From: Candidatus Cloacimonadales bacterium
GTDB lineage: Bacteria > Cloacimonadota > Cloacimonadia > G963667145
Assembly (NCBI GenBank): GCA_965140615.1
Contig: OZ223280.1
Span: 72,450-136,449 of the forward strand
DNA: 64,000 bases
Direction: 5' to 3'
Part shown: positions 19,923 to 28,500 of the stretch, one piece after another
Layout: each line of letters opens with the position of its first letter
Numbering within the stretch: position 1 is the stretch's first letter
The notes under the pieces: model-generated
What the model was told of the DNA's origin: nothing
The model's input: the letters and a program-made list of their open reading frames with translations, nothing else
Databases searched by the model: none
Made by a program: the position numbers and the translations under genes

Positions 19923-21026
19923 TCAAATGAAAAGTGCAAACGAAGTGGGCGGTACACAGTAAAAGTATCCACCCTTATTTATTTTTTCTATATCTTTTAA
20001 ATAATAATCTGTGATTATTGGGCTAATGTTCAAAACATTAAAATTGGGCTTCCTAGAATTTTCCCGCAAAATTTGCTTCGGAGTCTTACCTTTTCGCCCT
20101 CTGTTTCCTCTAAAATGATTAAAATACAGCGTATAACTGTGTGCTTTACGCACAAAATCGTTGCAATCATCAAATTCATCAATCAGATAAAACTCGTCCT
20201 CTACCAGCCGATGAGCACTTTCAACATCAGAATTAAAAGTGGGCGAACCTTTGGGGATAAGCGAATGATTAGCACCATTTATTTGCACACTTTTTTGAAA
20301 AAAGCTCAAACCCTTTTTCTTGGGACTCACAAACTCTGAGCCATTGTCGGTTTGAAAAGTAACTTTGGAAAGATCAACACCACAACTCTTTAATCTTTTA
20401 GACAAAAAATCGATATAAATCCCTGCATTTACGGCTGTTTTCTCATAGCAATAACCGATGAATTGCATACCAGTTTTGTAGTCTCTAGCAGTGATTTGAT
20501 AGCGAGGATAATTTTTGTACTTAATCCCCTCAAACAATTCTGGCATATCGGTCAAATACTTAATATCCACTTGGATTTTTTCAAAAGGTTTTGCCCTAGC
20601 TCGCATTTCACTTAAATCTTTGCGTTGCTGATATTTCCGTTTCTTTTTCTTTACCAAACCAGCATCACAGAGCTTTTTATGAACAGTCGAAGCTGAACAA
20701 TTTAACTGCAAATGGTCAATAATTCGCCTAGCTCCCCAGCGATTTTTTGCCTTTTTGCGACAAACTACTATTTCCTCTATTATCTCAGATTTTAAGCGAT
20801 TTGGGAAATTTTGCTTTTTTCGAGATTTATTAACCAGACCATCCTCGCCCTTTTCTTTATAGGCTTTGACCCACTTTCGCACAGTTTTTCTAGTGGTCTC
20901 AAATTCTCTAGCTGCAGCGGAAATAGATGTTTCATTTGCAAATTTCACCAAATTTTTCCGATAAAATTTCTTGTCTTTTCTACTCATAATTTTCAAATTG
21001 TCTATATATTTATTCATAATGGTCAA
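19923..21026 (-). CDS. IS481-family DDE transposase/integrase (HTH + rve domain)
   Basis: 367 aa; N-terminal HTH (TRKTVRKWVKAYKEKGEDGL); integrase core D..D..E region (QTDNGSEF...AHRLVEDEF). The ORF reads 23 nt past the IS end before its stop. Confidence 0.85.
   Translation of the reverse strand: MTIMNKYIDNLKIMSRKDKKFYRKNLVKFANETSISAAAREFETTRKTVRKWVKAYKEKGEDGLVNKSRKKQNFPNRLKSEIIEEIVVCRKKAKNRWGARRIIDHLQLNCSASTVHKKLCDAGLVKKKKRKYQQRKDLSEMRARAKPFEKIQVDIKYLTDMPELFEGIKYKNYPRYQITARDYKTGMQFIGYCYEKTAVNAGIYIDFLSKRLKSCGVDLSKVTFQTDNGSEFVSPKKKGLSFFQKSVQINGANHSLIPKGSPTFNSDVESAHRLVEDEFYLIDEFDDCNDFVRKAHSYTLYFNHFRGNRGRKGKTPKQILRENSRKPNFNVLNISPIITDYYLKDIEKINKGGYFYCVPPTSFALFI
19931..19945. repeat. 15-bp direct repeat AAAGTGCAAACGAAG (left copy of putative target-site duplication)
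   Basis: Identical 15-mer immediately outside the left end of IS copy 1 and outside the right end of IS copy 2 (24219-24233). Confidence 0.5.
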
Positions 21027-21166
21027 ATTACAGCTCTCACGGCTGATTTGACCATTTTTTTTACAGACTATTTCTCCATTTTTCTAATTAACTTTTCCAT
21101 TTTATCATAAACCAGCCAATTACAAATCACTAACTTTGGGTGGATACTTTTAGTGTGGAGTTTCCA
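19946..21166 (-). mobile_element. IS481-family-like insertion sequence, copy 1 (1221 bp)
   Basis: Near-identical to 22998-24218; imperfect 29-bp terminal inverted repeats TGGGCGGTACACAGTAAAAGTATCCACCC / TGGAAACTCCACACTAAAAGTATCCACCC; encodes an HTH+DDE (rve) transposase. Confidence 0.8.
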
Positions 21167-21410
21167 TTTTTGTCGTCTTTCTGGCAGGGGTTCAACTTTG
21201 CTACTTAAGATTAGCCCAGCTATCTTGCAAGCCACAGGTAAGAGGCGATAAGAGAGTTTTCGAGTTAGTAAACTGCTGAGGAGTTAATTAGCATAAAAGC
21301 TGTTCTTGATTGGCAAACTTTTTTGGAAAAATTGTTTGACGCTATTTGGCGTGGCTTGCTTTGATGATAGCGTAAATGTATTCCAATTCATATTGTAAAA
21401 GGAGGAGGAA

Positions 21411-22781
21411 ATGGAAAACAAAACAAACGACTTGGTGTTTAAGCTGGAGGATAGGCCATCACCGGGAACTGCTTTGCTGGCTGCTTTTCAGCACCTTTTG
21501 GCTATCTTTGTAGGGATTATTACCCCTACGATCGTTATCTGTGGTGTGCTGGGTCTAAATCAGGAGATGCCTTATCTTATCGGGATGTCGCTTATTGTCT
21601 CGGGGATAGCTACCTTTATCCAAGTGAGGAAGTTCGGACCTATCGGCTCGGGATTGCTGAGTATTCAAGGAACTAGCTTTGCGTTCTTGGGACCTATCTT
21701 AGGGGCAGGATTTGCAGTGAAAGCTCAAGGTGGTGGGGCGAGTGTTATCTTGGCTACTATCTTTACCGCTTGCTTCTTTGGCTCATTCATAGAGATGATC
21801 CTCAGTAGGTTTATTCACAGCTTAAAAAAGGTCATCACTCCGCTAGTGTCTGGTATTGTGGTTACACTCATTGGTCTTAGTTTGATACAAGTGGGTATCA
21901 CCGATATGGCTGGTGGACAGTATGTGAAAACTCACTTCCCAGATCAATTTGCTTCGATGGAAAGTCTAGGGTTGGCTTTATTGACTTTGGTAACTGTGAT
22001 TATTTTCAACAGAAGTAAAAAGCCTATGTTGAGAATGGCATCGATTTGTATCGGTTTGGTTGTTGGATATTTGGTGGCACTTTTTACCGTGGGCATAGAT
22101 TTTAGTCCTATTGCCAAATTGTCTTATTTCAATGTTCCAATCCCTTTCAAGTATGGCTTTAATTTTAATTTGTCAGCTTTCTTGACTATCGGTTTGATTT
22201 ATGTTATCACTTTGATTGAGTCTACTGGTGATTTGACTGCTACGAGTATGGTATCTGGCGAGCCAGTAGAAGGTGACTTGTATTTGAAAAGGATCGGTGA
22301 TGGTGTACTGGGTGATGGTTTTAACTCGGCTTTGGCTTCTGTTTTTAACACATTCCCTAACACTACTTTTAGCCAAAACAACGGAGTTATCCAGTTGACA
22401 GGTATTGCCTCTCGTTATGTGGGGCTTTATATCGCAGGTCTTTTGGTGCTATTGGGCTTGTTCCCTGTTATCGGTGGAGTGTTCCAAGTGATGCCTAAGC
22501 CTGTGCTTGGCGGTGCTACGATTATTATGTTTGGTACTGTGGCTTCTTCGGGAGTGAGGATTATTGCTGAGCATGGTCTGGATAGAAGAGGCGTGATGAT
22601 TTTGGCTCTCTCTTTGGGTCTTGGTTTGGGTGTGCAGATGGTGCCCGAGGTGATGAACCATTTCCCAACAGTAATCAAGAGTATCTTCTCCTCTCCTATT
22701 ACCACGGGTGGTGTTACTGCTATTATCGCTAATCTTGCTTTGCCAACACACAATAATAACAAAAAAGAGACAGATGTTTAG
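21411..22781 (+). CDS. NCS2-family nucleobase (xanthine/uracil/uric acid) permease
   Basis: 456 aa; about 12-14 TM helices; NCS2 signature region (QHLLAIFVGIITPT; GTSFAFLGPIL); RBS GGAGGAGGA upstream. Confidence 0.85.
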   Translation: MENKTNDLVFKLEDRPSPGTALLAAFQHLLAIFVGIITPTIVICGVLGLNQEMPYLIGMSLIVSGIATFIQVRKFGPIGSGLLSIQGTSFAFLGPILGAGFAVKAQGGGASVILATIFTACFFGSFIEMILSRFIHSLKKVITPLVSGIVVTLIGLSLIQVGITDMAGGQYVKTHFPDQFASMESLGLALLTLVTVIIFNRSKKPMLRMASICIGLVVGYLVALFTVGIDFSPIAKLSYFNVPIPFKYGFNFNLSAFLTIGLIYVITLIESTGDLTATSMVSGEPVEGDLYLKRIGDGVLGDGFNSALASVFNTFPNTTFSQNNGVIQLTGIASRYVGLYIAGLLVLLGLFPVIGGVFQVMPKPVLGGATIIMFGTVASSGVRIIAEHGLDRRGVMILALSLGLGLGVQMVPEVMNHFPTVIKSIFSSPITTGGVTAIIANLALPTHNNNKKETDV

Positions 22782-22804
22782 AAAGAACTGAAGATAAAAT
22801 AAAA

Positions 22805-22836
22805 CAGCCACTTAAAAATAAGTGGCTGTTTTTTTT
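22805..22836. terminator. rho-independent terminator between the permease and the tRNA
   Basis: CAGCCACTT-AAAAAT-AAGTGGCTG hairpin followed by T8; A-run on the other side. Confidence 0.55.
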
Positions 22837-22856
22837 AAAAAAAGAAGACAAAAAAA

Positions 22857-22933
22857 TGGTGGGTGATACTGGATTCGAACCAGTTACCTCTACGATGTCG
22901 GCGTAGCACTCTAACCAACTGAGCTAATCACCC
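22857..22933 (-). tRNA. tRNA-Val (anticodon GAC) with unusual C33
   Basis: 77 nt by hand fold: 7-bp acceptor GGGTGAT/ATCACCC, D-arm with G18G19, 5-bp anticodon stem CTACG/CGTAG, loop CCGACAT, T-loop TTCGAAT, discriminator A, encoded CCA. Confidence 0.75.
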
Positions 22934-22974
22934 ATAACTTGATTGACCAACTTCTTTAGCTGCTTGGATAATTG

Positions 22975-24078
22975 TCAAGAAGATTTAGCCAGCGAAGTGG
23001 GCGGTACACAGTAAAAGTATCCACCCTTATTTATTTTTTCTATATCTTTTAAATAATAATCTGTGATTATTGGGCTAATGTTCAAAACATTAAAATTGGG
23101 CTTCCTAGAATTTTCCCGCAAAATTTGCTTCGGAGTCTTACCTTTTCGCCCTCTGTTTCCTCTAAAATGATTAAAATACAGCGTATAACTGTGTGCTTTA
23201 CGCACAAAATCGTTGCAATCATCAAATTCATCAATCAGATAAAACTCGTCCTCTACCAGCCGATGAGCACTTTCAACATCAGAATTAAAAGTGGGCGAAC
23301 CTTTGGGGATAAGCGAATGATTAGCACCATTTATTTGCACACTTTTTTGAAAAAAGCTCAAACCCTTTTTCTTGGGACTCACAAACTCTGAGCCATTGTC
23401 GGTCTGAAAAGTAACTTTGGAAAGATCAACACCACAACTCTTTAATCTTTTAGACAAAAAATCGATATAAATCCCTGCATTTACGGATGTTTTCTCATAG
23501 CAATAACCGATAAATTGCATGCCAGTTTTGTAGTCTCTAGCAGTGATTTGATAGCGAGGATAATTTTTGTACTTAATCCCCTCAAACAACTCTGGCATAT
23601 CGGTCAAATACTTAATATCCACTTGGATTTTTTCAAAAGGTTTTGCCCTAGCTCGCATTTCACTTAAATCTTTGCGTTGCTGATATTTCCGTTTCTTTTT
23701 CTTTACCAAACCAGCATCACAGAGCTTTTTATGAACAGTCGAAGCTGAACAATTTAACTGCAAATGGTCAATAATTCGCCTAGCTCCCCAGCGGTTTTTT
23801 GCCTTTTTGCGACAAACTACTATTTCCTCTATTATCTCAGATTTCAAGCGATTTGGGAAATTTTGCTCTTTTCGAGATTTATTAACCAGACCATCCTCGC
23901 CCTTTTCTTTATAGGCTTTGACCCACTTTCGCACAGTTTTTCTAGTGGTCTCAAATTCTCTAGCTGCAGCGGAAATAGATGTTTCATTTGCAAATTTCAC
24001 CAAATTTTTCCGATAAAATTTCTTGTCTTTTCTACTCATAATTTTCAAATTGTCTATATATTTGTTCATAATGGTCAA
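22975..24078 (-). CDS. IS481-family DDE transposase/integrase (second copy)
   Basis: 367 aa; differs from copy 1 at 2 internal residues (K->E, A->S) and in the last 5 residues, which are encoded by flanking DNA. Confidence 0.85.
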   Translation of the reverse strand: MTIMNKYIDNLKIMSRKDKKFYRKNLVKFANETSISAAAREFETTRKTVRKWVKAYKEKGEDGLVNKSRKEQNFPNRLKSEIIEEIVVCRKKAKNRWGARRIIDHLQLNCSASTVHKKLCDAGLVKKKKRKYQQRKDLSEMRARAKPFEKIQVDIKYLTDMPELFEGIKYKNYPRYQITARDYKTGMQFIGYCYEKTSVNAGIYIDFLSKRLKSCGVDLSKVTFQTDNGSEFVSPKKKGLSFFQKSVQINGANHSLIPKGSPTFNSDVESAHRLVEDEFYLIDEFDDCNDFVRKAHSYTLYFNHFRGNRGRKGKTPKQILRENSRKPNFNVLNISPIITDYYLKDIEKINKGGYFYCVPPTSLAKSS

Positions 24079-24218
24079 ATTACAGCTCTCACGGCTGATT
24101 TGACCATTTTTTTTACAGACTATTTCTCCATTTTTCTAATTAACTTTTCCATTTTATCATAAACCAGCCAATTACAAATCACTAACTTGGGGTGGATACT
24201 TTTAGTGTGGAGTTTCCA
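22998..24218 (-). mobile_element. IS481-family-like insertion sequence, copy 2 (1221 bp)
   Basis: Same length as copy 1, with only a few nucleotide differences (I could not count them by hand). Same orientation and same terminal inverted repeats. Confidence 0.8.
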
Positions 24219-24233
24219 AAAGTGCAAACGAAG
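24219..24233. repeat. 15-bp direct repeat AAAGTGCAAACGAAG (right copy of putative target-site duplication)
   Basis: Identical to 19931-19945; immediately outside the right end of IS copy 2. Confidence 0.5.
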
Positions 24234-24320
24234 TTCACAGAAATCTTTTTCATCCGTGAAACTATTTGACAACATCAACGCCCCTTATTCTTTGCCCAAT
24301 ATTTTACTTGAGGAAATTTA

Positions 24321-25133
24321 GTGATAAAATTTACCAAAATGTCTGGGTTGGGCAACGATTTCATCTGCATCTTAGACCCCCAAAAAAAGATTAGCCAAGC
24401 AAACTTGCTAGCAAAAAAAATCTGCAACCGAAAGTTCGGCATCGGTGCGGACGGTCTTATTTTGGTGCGAAAAGAAACTTCTGGAATGCTAAAGATGGAC
24501 TATCTAAATTCTGATGGCTCTTTTGCTGCTATGTGTGGCAATGGCCTTAGATGCTTCGGCAAATTCGTTTTCGACCAACTTCTGGTGTCTTCTGGCAAAT
24601 TTATTGTTAAGACAGATGACGGAGAAAAAAAAATCGAAGTTTGTGGCAAAGAAAAGCAAGCCATCTCACAAGTAAAGGTCGAGATGGGCAACCCTGTGTA
24701 TGGCAAAGATTATCATCCTTGGGAAGATGTCTGGAATTTCCCCATCTTAGATGGAGAATTTCGTCTATATCTGGCAAAAGTGGGAGTGCCACACGGAGTT
24801 ATTTTTGCCTCTAAAGGACAAAATCTGGTGGAAAAATTTGGAGCTACTATCGAAAAGATGTATCTTTTCCCCGAGGGCATAAATGTCAATTTTGTGGAAA
24901 TAGTAAACGATGAGCAGATAAAAGTATTCACTTGGGAACGCGGTGCTGGACACACTTTGGCTTGTGGCACGGGGTGCTGTGCTGTTGCTTTTATCGCTCA
25001 CAAGCTCGGCAAAGTCGCAAAAAACGTGCAGGTGCTCAGTGAAGGCGGAAGCCTGAGCATCTCTATAACTAAAGAGACCATCTATATGCAAGCACCCGCT
25101 CAAACCATAGCCAACGGAGAGTTCTTTGAGTAG
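24321..25133 (+). CDS. dapF: diaminopimelate epimerase DapF
   Basis: 270 aa; GTG start; N-terminus MIKFTKMSGLGNDF matches the DapF start motif; catalytic Cys motifs CGNGLRCF and ACGTGCCA. Confidence 0.9.
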   Translation: MIKFTKMSGLGNDFICILDPQKKISQANLLAKKICNRKFGIGADGLILVRKETSGMLKMDYLNSDGSFAAMCGNGLRCFGKFVFDQLLVSSGKFIVKTDDGEKKIEVCGKEKQAISQVKVEMGNPVYGKDYHPWEDVWNFPILDGEFRLYLAKVGVPHGVIFASKGQNLVEKFGATIEKMYLFPEGINVNFVEIVNDEQIKVFTWERGAGHTLACGTGCCAVAFIAHKLGKVAKNVQVLSEGGSLSISITKETIYMQAPAQTIANGEFFE

Positions 25134-25202
25134 CCTTTGCGAGCATTCAAGCAATGCAAGGCATATCGCCAAACAAAGCAAAAATTTAACTAAAAGGTAA
25201 CT

Positions 25203-26282
25203 ATGCTAAAAATATTGATAAAAACTTTTTTCTTCAAACTGCAAAGAGCTTTTGGACTTACACGATTTTTACCCATAAACTACACTTTCAGCGTTAGTTA
25301 TCGTTGCAACTCGCGGTGCAAAAGTTGCCAAATTTACAAAAAAAAATCTTCTGAGATGAATGTAAGCCAGTACAAAGCTTTTTTTAAGCAGATAAAAAAA
25401 GCTCCTTACTGGATCACATTTTCTGGCGGAGAGCCGTTCCTTCGTCGCGATTTTACTGGGATTGTCAAAGCTGCTTACGACATCTGTAAACCAAAGATAA
25501 TAAGTATATCCACCAACGGATTGCTTCACAAGAAGATAGCTTCCAATGTTTTAGATATTTGCAGACATTGCAAAAAATCTACCATCAACATTAATATATC
25601 AATAGACGAGATAGACGAAGCAAACGACAAACTCAGAGGCTCGCTAAAAGCCTACCAAAAAGCGGTTTCAACTTTCCAAAACCTAAAAAGAGTGCAAAAA
25701 AAAGCTAAAAATCTCAACTTAAATATTCACACCGTTATCTCTAGCTTCAACTCTCAAAATTTTGCTTATATCTGCCAAACGCTCTTGGATATGAATCCAG
25801 ATAGTTATCTCACCGAAATTGCCGAAAATCGCTCTGAGCTAGGCACAACAATAGACAAGCAGATAGCTCCATCTCCTTGGAACTATGCTTCTGCGATAGA
25901 TTTGCTCATCCACAGAATAAAGAACGACCGCTACACTGGCATAAACAGAGTAATTCAAGCCTTTAGATTGCATTACTATCAGATGGTGAAAAAGATTATG
26001 CTAAGCCAACAAAAAGTGTACGATTGCTACGCTGGGGTCGCTTCTTTGCAACTTTCGCCCGATGGTGATGTTTGGTTTTGCGGTATGAAAGCTCAACCTG
26101 TTGGGAATGTGAGAAAGAAAAGATTTAAAAAGATTTGGTTTTCTAAAACTGCCAAAAAACTTCGCAAAGAAATAAAAATGACTGACTGCTACTGCCCTAT
26201 GGCAAGTGTGGCTTACACAAATATGTTGATGAACTACAAGTTGACCTCAAAAATATTCTTCCACCTTAGGAAAACCAGATGA
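25203..26282 (+). CDS. radical SAM protein with C-terminal SPASM/twitch-like Cys cluster, function unknown
   Basis: 359 aa; CxxxCxxC (CNSRCKSC) near residue 35; GGEPFLR glycine-rich SAM motif; C-terminal cysteines (CYAG...FCGM...CYCPMA); stop overlaps the rel start (ATGA). Confidence 0.7.
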   Translation: MLKILIKTFFFKLQRAFGLTRFLPINYTFSVSYRCNSRCKSCQIYKKKSSEMNVSQYKAFFKQIKKAPYWITFSGGEPFLRRDFTGIVKAAYDICKPKIISISTNGLLHKKIASNVLDICRHCKKSTININISIDEIDEANDKLRGSLKAYQKAVSTFQNLKRVQKKAKNLNLNIHTVISSFNSQNFAYICQTLLDMNPDSYLTEIAENRSELGTTIDKQIAPSPWNYASAIDLLIHRIKNDRYTGINRVIQAFRLHYYQMVKKIMLSQQKVYDCYAGVASLQLSPDGDVWFCGMKAQPVGNVRKKRFKKIWFSKTAKKLRKEIKMTDCYCPMASVAYTNMLMNYKLTSKIFFHLRKTR

Positions 26283-28486
26283 TTTTTTGCACGATTACCA
26301 AAGAAAACTTTTGGGAAGAGTTGAATAAGTTGCCCAATAAACCAAATATCCCCGAATTGGAAAAAGCTGTGAAATTCGCCACAGAAGCACACACTGGACA
26401 AAAAAGAACCTCTGGCGAAGAGTATATCATCCATCCGCTAAGCACCGCCTACATTTTGGCAAAGCTCAATATGGATACCAGCGTGATTATCGCTGGAATT
26501 TTGCACGATGTCATAGAGGACACGAGCTACGACTATCAAAACATCGCTCAACTTTTCGGCGAGAGAGTAGCTGGGCTGGTAGAAGGTGTTACCAAGATTT
26601 CTGATTTGCATTTCAAGGGCTCGTCCCAGATGGATAAGCAAGCAGAGAATTTCCGCAAATTGCTGGTTTCTATCACCAAAGATGTGCGAGTTATCTTGAT
26701 AAAGCTGGCAGACAGACTGCACAATATGCGTACCATAAAGTATCTGCCCATGGCAAAGCAAAAAAGGATTGCACGCTCTACTCTCTCTATTTATGCTCCC
26801 TTAGCTAATCGCTTTGGCTTGTCTTGGATAAAAAACGAGCTGGAAGACAGATGCCTGAAAGTGTTGCATCCCAACGCTTACAAAAGAATTGCTGCCTTGG
26901 TACAGATCAAGAAAGAGCAAAGAGATAAATTCCTCAACGAAGTGGTGTGCAAGCAAATACACAAACAACTTGAGAAGTACAAAATTTCTGCCCAAGTGCG
27001 ATCTCGTAGCAAACACTTTTATAGCATTTTTCGCAAAAACAGTGTGCGAGGTGTACCTTACGAAGAGATCCTAGACCTTAACGCCGTGCGAATATTGGTA
27101 GATAGCCAAGAAGATTGCTACTACGCTTTTGGTGCTCTGCACGCAGTGTACAAGCCTTTGAACATCGTCAAAGATTACATAGCCAATCCTAAACCCAACG
27201 GATACCAGTCGTTACACACGGTCGTCATCGGTCCACAAAACAAGAAACTAGAAGTGCAAATCCGCACAAAAAAGATGGATAAGTACGCCGAAGAGGGCGT
27301 GGCTGCACACTGGCGATACAAAGAGAACACCAACTACTCTAGCAAAAACCTCGAAAAAATGGCGTCGCAGGGAGTCAGCCAAAAGTTCGAGTCCCAGCTA
27401 GGGTTTGTCCGAAAATTTTTACAAAAAAACGCCGAGCAAGTTAGCGATGACTTCTTGGACAATCTGCAGATGGATCTTTACCCCGAGATTATCATTGTTA
27501 CCACTCCCAAGGGCGATTTGATAGAGCTACCTAAAGGAGCTTCCATCCTCGATTTCGCTTTTTCTATCCATTCCCAAGTTGGCTCTTGCTGCCTAAGTGG
27601 CAAAGTAAATGGAGTGATAAAGCCTCTGCGAAAAAAGCTGAAAACTGGCGATAAAGTGGAGGTGGAAACTTCCAACAACATCAATATTAGCAAAAACTGG
27701 CTGAAGTATGTCAAATCTTCCAAGGCTCGCTCCAAAATTCGCTCATATCTGAAAAAAAGAAGGCTAGAAGACGCCATAGAGCTGGGTAAAGAGATATTTG
27801 TGAAAAAGTGTCGCAAGTTTCATCTAAAGTTTGACGCCGAGCAAGATATAGCAGAGCTAGCCAAGAAATTCCACATAAATAACACACAAGATTTTTATGC
27901 TCAGTTAGGGCAAGGCAACATCATCTTCCCCCAAATAATCAAGAAGATGAACTCAAGCCAGCCAGAAAATAAAAAGAAATCTTCCGAAAAGAAGAAAGAG
28001 ACCAAACCAGAGACTGTCTCTGGGGTGATTGTAGATGGACAAAAAAATCTGATGATAAAGTACGCTGGATGCTGCACGCCTATGCCCGGCGATAAGATTA
28101 TCGGATTTGTAACCAAAGGGCGAGGCATCATCGTTCATCGTCAAGATTGCCACGAGGCAAACTTTTTGCAAAAGCAAAAAGAGATGCCAGAAAGGTTTAT
28201 CTCCATAGATTGGGATTATACTAGCGGGAAATCTGCCAGCAAAGGGAAACAAAACAGATTGAAGATAGTTTGCAAAAATAAAAGTAATATTTTAATCGAC
28301 ATTTTGTCCATCGTAGCAAAATACGATTTGACCGTAGAAAAAATGGGCAACAAACTCCGAAAAGATCACAACTTGGAAATATCTTTGTATCTGATAACAG
28401 ACTTGCCGCAATCCCTGAACAAGGCTGTAGAAGAGATAGAAAAAATGGGGACTGTTCGCAGCATTGAAAAAAAGATTAGAAGATAA
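26279..28486 (+). CDS. rel: bifunctional (p)ppGpp synthetase/hydrolase RelA/SpoT (Rel)
   Basis: 735 aa; HD hydrolase domain (HTGQKRTSGEEYIIHPL...HDVIEDT), synthetase domain, TGS and C-terminal ACT domains. Confidence 0.9.
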   Translation: MIFCTITKENFWEELNKLPNKPNIPELEKAVKFATEAHTGQKRTSGEEYIIHPLSTAYILAKLNMDTSVIIAGILHDVIEDTSYDYQNIAQLFGERVAGLVEGVTKISDLHFKGSSQMDKQAENFRKLLVSITKDVRVILIKLADRLHNMRTIKYLPMAKQKRIARSTLSIYAPLANRFGLSWIKNELEDRCLKVLHPNAYKRIAALVQIKKEQRDKFLNEVVCKQIHKQLEKYKISAQVRSRSKHFYSIFRKNSVRGVPYEEILDLNAVRILVDSQEDCYYAFGALHAVYKPLNIVKDYIANPKPNGYQSLHTVVIGPQNKKLEVQIRTKKMDKYAEEGVAAHWRYKENTNYSSKNLEKMASQGVSQKFESQLGFVRKFLQKNAEQVSDDFLDNLQMDLYPEIIIVTTPKGDLIELPKGASILDFAFSIHSQVGSCCLSGKVNGVIKPLRKKLKTGDKVEVETSNNINISKNWLKYVKSSKARSKIRSYLKKRRLEDAIELGKEIFVKKCRKFHLKFDAEQDIAELAKKFHINNTQDFYAQLGQGNIIFPQIIKKMNSSQPENKKKSSEKKKETKPETVSGVIVDGQKNLMIKYAGCCTPMPGDKIIGFVTKGRGIIVHRQDCHEANFLQKQKEMPERFISIDWDYTSGKSASKGKQNRLKIVCKNKSNILIDILSIVAKYDLTVEKMGNKLRKDHNLEISLYLITDLPQSLNKAVEEIEKMGTVRSIEKKIRR

Positions 28487-28500
28487 AGAAATAGAAGATT

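Larger units (their letters stand above)
19946..24218. mobile_element. putative composite transposon: IS - NCS2 permease - tRNA-Val - IS (4273 bp)
   Basis: Two directly oriented near-identical IS copies with cargo between them; 15-bp direct repeat only at the outer junctions; inserted in the intergenic region between the thrC operon and dapF. Confidence 0.5.

Noticed and set aside
20073-20339. 88-aa plus-strand ORF present identically in both IS copies (also 23125-23391)
   Set aside because: It is antisense to the transposase gene inside the IS. It is identical in both copies only because the IS is duplicated. There is no RBS or known IS481 accessory gene at that position.
19946-24218. Alternative reading of the two IS copies as a simple tandem duplication or two independent insertions
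   Set aside because: Not excluded, but less parsimonious. The identical 15-bp repeat occurs only at the outer junctions and the inner junctions differ. That pattern is what unit (composite) transposition produces.
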